42,463 bases of DNA, taken from the NCBI GenBank assembly GCA_029856145.1, contig JAHQWK010000009.1:1-42463 (forward strand), in the 5' to 3' direction. Made by a program: the position numbers and the translations under genes. How positions within the stretch are numbered: position 1 is the stretch's first letter; each line of letters begins with the position of its first letter. Positions 1 to 9,407 of the stretch are shown piece after piece. Under the pieces are notes generated by a model. That model saw only the letters and a program-made list of their open reading frames with translations. It was not told the origin of the DNA and ran no database searches. This DNA is from Promethearchaeia archaeon. Lineage in GTDB: Archaea; Asgardarchaeota; Lokiarchaeia; Sigyniarchaeales; SOKP01.

Positions 1-475
1 GATTTTAGCTATATAGATCCAAATCGCCCTCATTGTTGTCTTTATTGCTGTTTTCAAAAGGAGAACAAATGCATATTTTCTGAAATCTACCCTAGACTCT
101 ATAGGAAATACCAAGAAGATAGAGTTTTTATCACTTCTCATTCTCACACAAATAAAAATAAGCATAAGAAAATCAAGACAATTAGAAGTAAACTAAGCTC
201 AAAACAAAAAACTTCTTTAACTGATTTTGTATAATGTAAAAAGAGAATTTTCTATCCCAATTTCTGAGTAATAAGAAATTAGTAATTCGGCAATATCTTT
301 TTTCTTATATTGCGTTAAACATAAATAATCTTACTCATTTTTTTCATTCGGATTTCTCAAAGGTATTCATCGCCTTTGGATTTCTAAAGATTTCGTCCAG
401 AAGAGTCTCGTTCATGAGGCTCTTCTACCTTTTCCCTATTTTTTCATTTATATAAGTTCGCTATATAGTGAAGTT

Positions 476-754
476 ATGATCACAAATCAAAATCTCAATT
501 TTATCTTAAAAAAGTATTTTAACAACAATTTGAAGACCCTCACCAAAATCAACAAGTTATGCCAAGATAAAGAATTTGCCTACTACCATGAAATCGAGCA
601 ATTTCTTAATAGGGAAAGAAATCAAGTTTCCACCATTTTACGCAAGTTAGAAGCAGATAACCTCATTACTCGTGATAAAAGACATCGCCCCCAAAAAATT
701 TTTATGACTTCTTCAGGAAGAAAATTACTAGAAAAAATCAAATCATTTTTTTAA
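476..754 (+). CDS. Small winged-helix (MarR-like) DNA-binding protein
   Basis: 92 aa; HTH-wing pattern 'ERNQVSTILRKLEADNLITRDK...KIFMTSSGRKLL'; TTTATATAA box ~25 nt upstream. Confidence 0.7.
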   Translation: MITNQNLNFILKKYFNNNLKTLTKINKLCQDKEFAYYHEIEQFLNRERNQVSTILRKLEADNLITRDKRHRPQKIFMTSSGRKLLEKIKSFF

Positions 755-1405
755 GTTCTTTTACCTGTGAAGTTATTTTTTCTTCAGATAGTTTGTTAAA
801 GATTCATTGAGAAGTAAATCTCATCTTCCTTTAGAATAATAGTATAAGAAAAAAAGAAATTATGAGATCCAGAAAGTACAGGTGAACTACCTTCTTCTTT
901 TAGTTTTATGGTAGTACCATTAAAGCTATTAAATTCAGTTACGTTATCATGTTAGATAAATAAACTAAAAAGAGAAAAATAAAAAAAAGGTAAGAATTGT
1001 TTAATTAGATTCAGTTTCATCATCATCTAAATCATTTCCATGCACCTTATAGTCATGACTTTCTGCATATCTTTTAATGATCCGTTTTGATGAGAATATC
1101 GACTACAATTTCAAGTATAGTCGTGTGTGGAGTAGTCGCATTAAAGATTCGTTTAAGCTAGATGAATTTGAACAATATTTCAAGAAATTAACCAAATATA
1201 TTACCAATTTAGTAAGTCCAAATGAAATAAAATCCTATAAATCTATTTCAAATATTAATACATTTTGATAAATCCTTTTAATTTTATTTCTATTTATTTA
1301 ACATTTTATAATTATAATCTCAAAATAGTAAAAACTTCAAATTATAATTTTAGAAAGAATACTAATTGAAAACTTTATAATAATTTCAATATAAATAAAT
1401 ATAAG

Positions 1406-2008
1406 ATGTTGTTATTAACCTTTCAAAATGCCTTTTTGGATTTAATTACTACACCTCCCGGTTCAATGATATTTGTTATACTATTAGCTTTAACGACGGC
1501 ATTAATTAGCGCAGCTTTAACAAGATTATTAGTAGATACAGACGCGATTAACCGTAAACAAAAACAAATTAAAGGTCATGAGGAAGAAAAAGAAAAGATA
1601 GTTGCATTAGCTGAGGTTGACACTGAACGCTATATAAAGGCACGAAAAAGATGGGAACGTAAAGACTCTATGTTTAAACAAACAAAGCAAAGAATGGGTC
1701 TACAAAGAATGAAACCAACGTGCATAACGTTTCTCCCGATGATTATTATCTTTGGTATTGTGAATACAATGTTCGCAGGTAGACCGGTAGCAATGTCTCC
1801 TATGAATGCTAACGATGTTCCCTTAATTGGTGGCTTTATCGCAGCTGGTAATATTTTTATAAATTTCACAGCTTGGTATTTTCTCTGTTCATTAGGATTT
1901 AACACACTTGTTCAAAGGATCCTCAAACTTCAAAGTCAAGCTTCAGGTGGCATGGGAGGAATGTTCGCTGGCCAAAAAGCAAAAGCTTTGGAATTTCCGG
2001 AAGTATAA
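1406..2008 (+). CDS. EMC3/TMCO1 (DUF106, Oxa1 superfamily) membrane protein
   Basis: N-terminal TM, coiled coil, 'MKPTCITFLPMIIIF' and 'WYFLCS' motifs typical of DUF106; adjacent to rpl14e/cmk/rpl34e as in many archaea. Confidence 0.9.
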   Translation: MLLLTFQNAFLDLITTPPGSMIFVILLALTTALISAALTRLLVDTDAINRKQKQIKGHEEEKEKIVALAEVDTERYIKARKRWERKDSMFKQTKQRMGLQRMKPTCITFLPMIIIFGIVNTMFAGRPVAMSPMNANDVPLIGGFIAAGNIFINFTAWYFLCSLGFNTLVQRILKLQSQASGGMGGMFAGQKAKALEFPEV

Positions 2009-2035
2009 CACTATTAATTTATACAAAGGAAAATA

Positions 2036-2166
2036 CGCAACGGGAGGGATTTATTCTTATAAGAAGTATTTTCTTATATATTGAACCCCCGAGTGCATTC
2101 ACACACTGGCTTTCTGGGATGGCTTCCACTCCAAGCCAGCGCCGTACCGGGCTAGGCAACCGTTGC
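2036..2166 (-). tRNA. tRNA-Ser(GGA) with two introns (37/38: 2112-2128; T-loop 58/59: 2051-2080)
   Basis: Reverse complement folds: acceptor GCAACGG/CCGTTGC, discriminator G, anticodon stem CTGGC/GCCAG with TT-GGA, long variable arm, T-stem GGGGG/CCCTC; removing the two inserts restores 7-nt loops. Confidence 0.9.
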
Positions 2167-2214
2167 AAAAATGAAAAGAAGTAAAAAGATTATTTAGGAT
2201 TTTATACGTTTAAA

Positions 2215-2487
2215 CTATTTTATTTGAATAGACACTACTTCAGTCATTTTTTTCTCTAATTTAGCTTTTTGAATCGCTGTTTCGACTTCGTCATGTTTAG
2301 CTCCTTTTTTTATTTCAATTGTTTCTGCGATTGGTTCTATATGTCTATAATTTACCCTTCTTCTTCGAACTTTTAAACCATCAATTAGCAAGTAGTTTTT
2401 ATCAATTATATCAACAATAATACAATAATGTCCTGCTTCTCTTCCTGTTGTTTTTACGCACAATCTTCCAATATCATACACACTCAT
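2215..2487 (-). CDS. rpl14e: 50S ribosomal protein L14e
   Basis: 'IGRLCVKTTGREAG...VRRRRVNYRHIEP'; ATG at 2487 preceded by GGTGA. Confidence 0.95.
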   Translation of the reverse strand: MSVYDIGRLCVKTTGREAGHYCIIVDIIDKNYLLIDGLKVRRRRVNYRHIEPIAETIEIKKGAKHDEVETAIQKAKLEKKMTEVVSIQIK

Positions 2488-2626
2488 ATAATTTGTCACC
2501 AAATTATTTTTACTTGTTTCTTAATTACTGGTTATTTTTTATATCCAGTAAAGATATGTAATTTTTAGTAATTTTAAAAATCAATATAAGAATAAAATTT
2601 TTTCGATTTTTTAGATAAAAAGAGAA

Positions 2627-3160
2627 TTATACTTTTTCTAGGGTAAAAAGAATTTTTTCTAAAATTTCTTCAACTGTAAGGTTTTCTGTATTTATAACAA
2701 GGTCATACATTTGACTTAATTCCTCTTGATCATTTAAATCTATATTATAGAGACGTTTAAACCTCTCTAATTCTGATTTTTCTCTTAGTGCTGTCTCTTT
2801 TAACTTTTCTTCATAACTACTACTATCTCTTTCTGACATTCGTTTAACTCTGGTTTCTAGGGTGCAAGTTAATAATATTTTGAAATCTGCTATAGTCTTG
2901 AGGATATACCCACTTAGTTGACTATCGATAACAATATTTCCTTTTTGAGCAATTTCAATTATTTTGCTATCTAATTTTTTATCAATATCAGGGTTTTCTT
3001 CTACATATTCAGTAAATTCTTCTAAAGTCATATTAGTTTCTAGTGCTAGAACTCTAAAAATTTGGCCAGTACTGTAATACTGGATTTTTAGTTTTTCAGC
3101 AATTAATTTTGCTATAGTAGATTTGCCAGTTCCGTGGAGTCCTGAAATTGTTATTATCAT
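2627..3160 (-). CDS. cmk: Cytidylate kinase (archaeal type)
   Basis: 'MIITISGLHGTGKST' P-loop; position between rpl34e and rpl14e. Confidence 0.93.
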   Translation of the reverse strand: MIITISGLHGTGKSTIAKLIAEKLKIQYYSTGQIFRVLALETNMTLEEFTEYVEENPDIDKKLDSKIIEIAQKGNIVIDSQLSGYILKTIADFKILLTCTLETRVKRMSERDSSSYEEKLKETALREKSELERFKRLYNIDLNDQEELSQMYDLVINTENLTVEEILEKILFTLEKV

Positions 3161-3253
3161 TTTATATAAATTTTTTAAAGTTAAATCTAATTCAATTAAG
3201 AAAGGAAATATTTATGATTTTTACTGTTAAGAATAAATAATTATGCTAATAAT

Positions 3254-3532
3254 CTAAGACGTTTTTTGGCTCCAAACTGTTTCTTTTATTAATGTTCGAA
3301 GGCATTTTGCACAATACCTTCCACTTTCCATTCTATTTGCCCTTCTTGCCGTATTATGAGTTTTAGTCATTTTAGAAGGTCTTAGTCTTGGAACAGACTG
3401 AAGCGGTCTTTTACATATTGCACATTTTGCTCTTTTGGGTTTTCTTCTCCAATAATGGGTAACATTTCTGTTCCCTGGTGTGCTGATATTTTTCCTTGCT
3501 TGAGCTTTGGAACGTAAGCCTGGACGTGGAAT
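3254..3532 (-). CDS. rpl34e: 50S ribosomal protein L34e (missed by ORF track; ATT start)
   Basis: Manual translation: (M)PRPGLRSKAQARKNISTPGNRNVTHYWRRKPKRAKCAICKRPLQSVPRLRP...RRANRMESGRYCAKCLRTLIKETVWSQKTS*; CxxC...CxxC; upstream of cmk. Confidence 0.93.
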   Translation of the reverse strand: MPRPGLRSKAQARKNISTPGNRNVTHYWRRKPKRAKCAICKRPLQSVPRLRPSKMTKTHNTARRANRMESGRYCAKCLRTLIKETVWSQKTS

Positions 3533-3623
3533 TTGAAATTACCTTTTATTTTTCTGTTTGAGAAATAATTATTAATATATATGAAATTAAATTACTGAAA
3601 AAATATTAATTTTATTATTTTAC

Positions 3624-4244
3624 CTAAGGTTTTAGACTTAATTTGTTTTGAAATTCTTTAAATATTTGATATAAATCTTCAATTAATTTTTCTCTTAAAT
3701 TTGTATTAGAAAATATTTGATCATCATGATTTAAAGCATTTGTTTGAACTGATTTAACCCTAGATAGAATATCATCTAATCCTGGAAACTTACCCAAATT
3801 ATAAGTCAACTCTTCAAATAAATTAAAAATTAGATCGTTTTTTGTTAAACCATCCAAAGTTAACGCATCCATAAGAGTTATAAAAGATGTGGTTATTTCG
3901 GAAGTAATACCAGGTAATTCTAAAAAAGTGCGATTATTTGTAGCTATACTATTATCTGATAGATTTAGGGATGAAACTCGATTAATGATCTCTATAGCGG
4001 AGTTATAATCTTGAGTAAAATCCATTCTATTAAGGAGATCTGGCAGTTGAAGTTTATTTTCTTTTAAGGTAAAATTTAACTTTAATATGTTATTCATAGT
4101 TGTTTTTAATGCTTTTTTGAAGAAATTTTGATTAACTATCCCCTTTTGATATTTATTATTTAAATTTGTTATTGATTTAACTAATGCAAATAGTTCAGAT
4201 TCAATTTTCGATTCAGTTTCAGGATTATTATTATCTTCTGTCAT
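3624..4244 (-). CDS. vps28: Vps28-like protein (ESCRT-I subunit homolog)
   Basis: 'SELFALVKSITNL..KYQKG' and 'SEITTSFITLMDALTL' resemble the conserved N- and C-terminal Vps28 motifs. Confidence 0.8.
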   Translation of the reverse strand: MTEDNNNPETESKIESELFALVKSITNLNNKYQKGIVNQNFFKKALKTTMNNILKLNFTLKENKLQLPDLLNRMDFTQDYNSAIEIINRVSSLNLSDNSIATNNRTFLELPGITSEITTSFITLMDALTLDGLTKNDLIFNLFEELTYNLGKFPGLDDILSRVKSVQTNALNHDDQIFSNTNLREKLIEDLYQIFKEFQNKLSLKP

Positions 4245-4309
4245 GTCACACTTAAATAATTAAATAAATCAGAATTTTTATATTACTTTTGGATTGAGAG
4301 CTAATAAAT

Positions 4310-5212
4310 TTAACCAAATAATGTTGGACGTAGAAAGTAGAATAAAATAGCAACTATAACACCAATAATAATGTTAGGGATTAATACACGGGTGGTAGAA
4401 GAATTACTTAATTCTCTTATAGCGAGAGTTATTAAAATAGGTACCCATGTAGCAAGAGTTAAAGCATCGATTATATCTAAAATTGCCCAAGTTGGAGCAT
4501 TAAATACTTGATCAATATTAACCACATCTACCGTTGGAAATCCAAAAAGTACAACCAAAATCTTAATACCATTTATTAATAAAAATGGAGTGAACGCACA
4601 TAACATCATTCTGAATTTATATGCTCCTTCTAATGTTAGCATAGTACCACCTTTATATATACTAAATGGGCTTATATCTGATTCTTTATATTTTTCTTTT
4701 TGTTCTTTCACCCCTCCAAAGCGTGTTTCTAACTTATCTGTGAACCCTACAGCATAATTAGCTCCCTTGCTAAATAACCATATTAAAAACCAAAAGAAAA
4801 TTAATTGATAACAAAAACCAAATATAAAAAAAGAGGCAAAAAAGCCTAAGCCAATTAAGAAATGTATAATTGTAAAAGGTGGAATGCCTGCAAAATTAAA
4901 ATGTGAAAAGAAAGCTAAGCCCATTAATGCATATAATAAAGAACAAAACAATAAAATTAACCAGCCAGGAGCTTTACTTCTTTTATGATTAATATCGTGA
5001 AAAGCTTTTGGAGCATTCACAAAAAGATAAAGAATCTTCATATACCAAGGGTAAGGACCGATCCATTCTGCTTCATATCTTCTAAAAAACTTAATTTTTT
5101 CAAGTCTTTCTATTTTTAATCTAAAACCACAGAAATTACAAGCATAACTATCAGCTGTATTCTCATTTCCACATCTAGGACACCGTTGAAATGCGGCAAC
5201 TGTCTGAGACAT
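4310..5212 (-). CDS. Zinc-ribbon plus Yip1-like multi-pass membrane protein
   Basis: N-terminal CPRC..CNFC; 'LFVNAPKAFHDI' followed by ~5 TM helices. Confidence 0.7.
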   Translation of the reverse strand: MSQTVAAFQRCPRCGNENTADSYACNFCGFRLKIERLEKIKFFRRYEAEWIGPYPWYMKILYLFVNAPKAFHDINHKRSKAPGWLILLFCSLLYALMGLAFFSHFNFAGIPPFTIIHFLIGLGFFASFFIFGFCYQLIFFWFLIWLFSKGANYAVGFTDKLETRFGGVKEQKEKYKESDISPFSIYKGGTMLTLEGAYKFRMMLCAFTPFLLINGIKILVVLFGFPTVDVVNIDQVFNAPTWAILDIIDALTLATWVPILITLAIRELSNSSTTRVLIPNIIIGVIVAILFYFLRPTLFG

Positions 5213-5328
5213 TCTTATAAGAATATTTTAATAATTTTTATAATAAACATATAATAAAATAATCTTATAAAAATTTCTTCTAATCTTCAGATAAATTCTT
5301 GATTAATTCTTTCTTTATATAGGAGTTA

Positions 5329-6390
5329 CTATAGAAATTCTATTATAAAATGTGTTTTTTCATTTTTAACTTGATAATTTCTTTGTAAAAATAATTTAAT
5401 CAATTCTAGATTAGTTTTGGTGTGATTTGTTGCTTCAAGTACTTTTATTCTTGATGGTTCTTCAATAAATCCCATGAAAGGAATTAACTGATCACTTAGA
5501 TAATTATCAACGGGAATTTGTTTTTTAATATATGTTATAAGTTTATTAGCTGCCATAATACCTAGATTTTCGGAAGTAATTTTTCGTTCACCTAATATCG
5601 TTCCGGAAGAAATTACTGCACCTGTATCTGAATATGCCCATAAAGAAAGACCTACTCCTGGACTTAAGGAATTTACATATTTATAATTAATCTTAGCGTC
5701 AATTCCTAAATTTCTGTTTATATGGAGAATCGCAGATTTTTCTATTCTTTCACATACTTTTTTATTAATTAAATGATTGGTACAGATAATTTCACCTTGG
5801 ATTAAATCAATATCTCCTAATTCCGTTAAATCAAGCGATTTGAGCTTATTTTTAGGAGGATAGATTGCACATTTTGCAACAGCACCTCCTTTAGGATAAA
5901 AGCCATGGTTCTTAATATCAATATCAATGTTAAACCCATGATTTCTAAAAATATTATACGTTACTTGTTGAAGATAATTAAGACTTGGAGCCCATTTTCC
6001 AAAAGTTCCACCACCGTGAATTAAAAGTTCAATTTTCTCTGGTTTTTTAAAACCCAAGCATGCGATTTGAATAGGTTGAAGAAATAAACCAAGGCTCCCA
6101 GCAGTAGCAATTTCAACCTTAATTTTACTTTTTATTGTTCGTTTAGGATTTAAGGTGATTTCCTTAGTTCCAACCTGGCATTCCGATAAATCACTATTTG
6201 TTAATTCTGATAATGTTTTTAGACCCATCAAATGTTGTAATCTTAATCCCGGTTTAGGCCTATTTGCTCTTATATTTTTTATTCGAATTGGACGTTGTAA
6301 TAATATTGAAAAGCCTGCTCCTAATCGAAGTATAGCACCTCCACCTTCACCGAAAGACCCATCAATTTCTAAGATTTTGTCTGACGTTAT
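5329..6390 (-). CDS. rtcA: RNA 3'-terminal phosphate cyclase (ATA start, 353 aa)
   Basis: Frame extends upstream of the listed ORF: 'LEIDGSFGEGGGAILR...IRANRPKPGLRLQH'; also 'GFYPKGG', 'YLSDQLIPFM', 'HTKTN'. Confidence 0.93.
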   Translation of the reverse strand: MTSDKILEIDGSFGEGGGAILRLGAGFSILLQRPIRIKNIRANRPKPGLRLQHLMGLKTLSELTNSDLSECQVGTKEITLNPKRTIKSKIKVEIATAGSLGLFLQPIQIACLGFKKPEKIELLIHGGGTFGKWAPSLNYLQQVTYNIFRNHGFNIDIDIKNHGFYPKGGAVAKCAIYPPKNKLKSLDLTELGDIDLIQGEIICTNHLINKKVCERIEKSAILHINRNLGIDAKINYKYVNSLSPGVGLSLWAYSDTGAVISSGTILGERKITSENLGIMAANKLITYIKKQIPVDNYLSDQLIPFMGFIEEPSRIKVLEATNHTKTNLELIKLFLQRNYQVKNEKTHFIIEFL

Positions 6391-7520
6391 GAGTTATTCA
6401 CTTTTTTATATAGAGATTTTATTCTATTAACTCCATTAAATTCTTCAATTAGTTCAACAACTTCTTTGGGTACTAAACTTCTCCACTTTTTATCATTCTT
6501 GATAATTAAATTTCTAATATTATTGGCATTGAATTTTTTTTTAAAAATGTTTATTTTCTTCTCGACTTTAATTCCTTTATTAAAAAATAATTCTCTTACC
6601 CAGTCACTATTCGAATAAACTGAATCAGTTTCCTCTACAATTGAGATTACATGATCTACCCATTTTTTAGCGTTAAAAATATCGGGGATATCATATATTT
6701 CATAGGATTTTGAGGAGATACCTCTTTTTTCTAAGGCAGTATTAAGGAACCTTTTTCTTTCATCGGTTGTAAATGGATCATTTACAGTATGAGATAATTG
6801 AGAGCTGCCTATTCCAATTTTAATTTTTTTATTAGATTTTAAAATTTCTTTAATTACATAAATATGTCCATGATGTAAAGGTTGAAATCTTCCAATAAAC
6901 AGAGCAATTCTATTTTCATTTTCAATAGAGGATTCTGTTATTTTCTCGAAGAGAGAGGAAATTTTTGTATTTAAGAGTTTTTCCCAAATTTTTTTTGAAT
7001 AATCTATATATTTTTCAGTTTCTAACAGTTTTTCAAGTTCAGCTTTATTATAGAATCTACTAAATCTAATATCTAACTCTTTCTGATCCGGATTTAAAGG
7101 AACATTATAATCAACAATACCTAAAAAAATGTATGCTATTTCATCACCTTCTGTATTTAAATCATAAAATAGCACCTTCTGAACTTCTCTTGGAGGAATT
7201 CCAAATTCCTCTTCAAGTTCTCTTAACGCATTTTTCTTAATTTTATTTAGATCTAAAATTCTTGCCCAATTTACATGTCCTGAAGATGAGTCAGTAAAAT
7301 ATCCTGGGAATGCTTTTTTATTTTTTCCGCGTTTTTGTACCAAATATAATATAGCACCATCTGGGGCTACTGATAATATAAAAAACCTTGTAATTAAATG
7401 ACTTATCTTTTTCTTATGGGCCTCTGTTCTTTCCATTGGAAAAATATATTTAGAAATCTGGCCAGATTGTAAAAATTTTCTATTTTCTTTACCAATACAA
7501 GCTAAAATTTCTCTTTCCAT
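6387..7520 (-). CDS. Fusion: N-terminal Nudix (IDI-like) domain plus C-terminal NMN adenylyltransferase
   Basis: 'QKRGKNKKAFPGYFTDSSSGHV...ALRELEEEFGI' Nudix box; 'FIGRFQPLHHGH...IGIGSSQ...PFTTDER...WRSLVP' NMNAT motifs. Confidence 0.88.
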   Translation of the reverse strand: MEREILACIGKENRKFLQSGQISKYIFPMERTEAHKKKISHLITRFFILSVAPDGAILYLVQKRGKNKKAFPGYFTDSSSGHVNWARILDLNKIKKNALRELEEEFGIPPREVQKVLFYDLNTEGDEIAYIFLGIVDYNVPLNPDQKELDIRFSRFYNKAELEKLLETEKYIDYSKKIWEKLLNTKISSLFEKITESSIENENRIALFIGRFQPLHHGHIYVIKEILKSNKKIKIGIGSSQLSHTVNDPFTTDERKRFLNTALEKRGISSKSYEIYDIPDIFNAKKWVDHVISIVEETDSVYSNSDWVRELFFNKGIKVEKKINIFKKKFNANNIRNLIIKNDKKWRSLVPKEVVELIEEFNGVNRIKSLYKKVNNS

Positions 7521-7536
7521 ATCAAAATCCTTCTCT

Positions 7537-8367
7537 CTATAATTCTATAGTTATAATATCTCCTACTTTAAACCCCAATTTCTTAGAAGCATTTCCCTGA
7601 TTAATTGAAAGTTCAAGAAAGCCTGTTGAACCAACAAGAAATAAAATTGATTCAATTGGGACGCTTGAAAAATTTAAAGTAAAAAATCCTTTATATATTT
7701 TCTTCTTAATTTTAACAATAATTTCTGTACCTTCGTTTATGATAAATTCACTATTTTTAATTATATTATTTCCCATTGGTATATTAGTTGTTCCATTTCC
7801 AAAAGAGTCAATATATTGAATTGAGCATTGGATAACTTTTTTTTCAAAATCAATATCATATGTAATCTGGGATTCTTTTAAATTATTAAGGTTAAAATTA
7901 GGGCCAAATGTACTTAAAGGAATACCAGATATTATTTGTGCTGCTACTGGAGCCATAATATCTCTTCCATGAAATGTATTTGAAATGGGTTTATTAAAGA
8001 ATTCATCGTTTTGTATTTCAATGCACTCAACTATATTTTTAGTAAAATTACCAGAAAATATTCCATTATTAGGACCAATAAAATAATGGTTTGATGTGGT
8101 TTTTAGAGCTAGAATTTCTCGAGGGCTCCCAACTCCAGGATCAACTACGATTATGAATATTGTTCCTTCAGGAAAGTGCTTATACGTGGTTTTTAATATA
8201 TATGATGCTTCGATTATTGAATAAGGAGTAATATAGTGGGTGATATCTATTATTCTTATATTAGGATTAATTTTTAAGATAACACCTTTCATACTCGCTA
8301 CATAATGTTGACCTTTTAAGCCAAAATCAGTAAGTAAGCATATTAATTTTTGATTAAAATCTGCCAT
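7537..8367 (-). CDS. SAM hydroxide adenosyltransferase (DUF62; chlorinase/fluorinase family)
   Basis: 'LLTDFG', 'VVDPGVGS', 'TFHGRDIMAP', 'IDSFGN', 'LELSINQGNA'. Confidence 0.92.
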   Translation of the reverse strand: MADFNQKLICLLTDFGLKGQHYVASMKGVILKINPNIRIIDITHYITPYSIIEASYILKTTYKHFPEGTIFIIVVDPGVGSPREILALKTTSNHYFIGPNNGIFSGNFTKNIVECIEIQNDEFFNKPISNTFHGRDIMAPVAAQIISGIPLSTFGPNFNLNNLKESQITYDIDFEKKVIQCSIQYIDSFGNGTTNIPMGNNIIKNSEFIINEGTEIIVKIKKKIYKGFFTLNFSSVPIESILFLVGSTGFLELSINQGNASKKLGFKVGDIITIEL

Positions 8368-8436
8368 TTCAGAAAAAAAACAAGCAATTTAATGGATAAT
8401 ATTTATGAAAAATAATGCAAGAGAAGTTTATTTATT

Positions 8437-9333
8437 TTATCTATATTTTTCATCAATTTTATAAAATTCTTCTAAAGCTTTTGATTTTAGTCTATATTCC
8501 TCTTCTTTATCAAATTGAACTAGTTTTTTAGAAATCTCACTTGCTCTTCTATATAAAGTGTAAGCTGTATGAAAATCCTCATTTCTAAGAGCATTTCTCG
8601 CCTCTTGTATGAATCTTTCTCTTTCTTTAGATAGTTCAGGGATCTGTTGAGAAAAATCACCCTTTTCTCTAAGTGAAGTAGCAATATCCATTATATAGAG
8701 GCTTTCTGCGATTTCAGCTGCTTTATTATAAAATTTGGCTGCTTTCTCATAATCTAAAGATTTAATTGCATTTTCAGCGATTTTGTAGTTTTCTGAAATT
8801 TTAGTATGTTCTCTATTTTCAATTTTTTCTACAAGGTCTTGAGCAATTTTTCTTTCTTGCGTCTCGCCACTAATCATAAATTTAGTAATGTTAATAATAC
8901 TAGCTTTTAATGCTTCAGGTTGTAGTATATCTATTAATGGTTCTAAGTGCTCCAAATATATATCCTTTAATATTATTTCAAATTCTTCTCTTGATTTCTT
9001 AAGAATATTAAGACTAGGAATCTCAAACGCTTCTGCCGCTTCTTTAAGAGATGAGCGAAATTTTTCTGGTTTATCATTCTCATTTAGTAATAAACCAATT
9101 ATAATTCCTGACGCATTCCGAGTAATTTTTCCTTTAAATTTATGAATATATGAGAAAATTTGAAGATCCTGTATTTTTAGCAAATTATACTCGTTTTTTG
9201 AATGATCAAGATTTAACCTTAGAAAGAAATCATTTGTAATTTCAAAATCAGATTTGCCCTCTTTAAAAAAATATCCCATGATCTTGTAATCTGAATCAGT
9301 GGGAAGCAATATCACGAAACAGCCTGCAGGCAT
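8437..9333 (-). CDS. Hypothetical protein: N-terminal alpha/beta (longin-like?) domain plus TPR-like helical repeats
   Basis: C-terminal repeats 'YEKAAKFYNKAAEIA' / 'FHTAYTLYRRASEIS'; the N-terminal fold is a guess. Confidence 0.55.
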   Translation of the reverse strand: MPAGCFVILLPTDSDYKIMGYFFKEGKSDFEITNDFFLRLNLDHSKNEYNLLKIQDLQIFSYIHKFKGKITRNASGIIIGLLLNENDKPEKFRSSLKEAAEAFEIPSLNILKKSREEFEIILKDIYLEHLEPLIDILQPEALKASIINITKFMISGETQERKIAQDLVEKIENREHTKISENYKIAENAIKSLDYEKAAKFYNKAAEIAESLYIMDIATSLREKGDFSQQIPELSKERERFIQEARNALRNEDFHTAYTLYRRASEISKKLVQFDKEEEYRLKSKALEEFYKIDEKYR

Positions 9334-9407
9334 TAAAATTTATACACCTTTTAAATTTATTCTTGTTATACTAAATTAAAACTAAGCATAAAAAAATTAA
9401 AAATATT

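Noticed and set aside
359-432. Hammerhead ribozyme or fluoride riboswitch
   Set aside because: GCGATGA and GACGAAA occur on the minus strand, but their order and stems do not fit either consensus.
1077-1268. 63-aa ORF
   Set aside because: No motif or clear RBS in an AT-rich region; cannot be supported, possibly a remnant.
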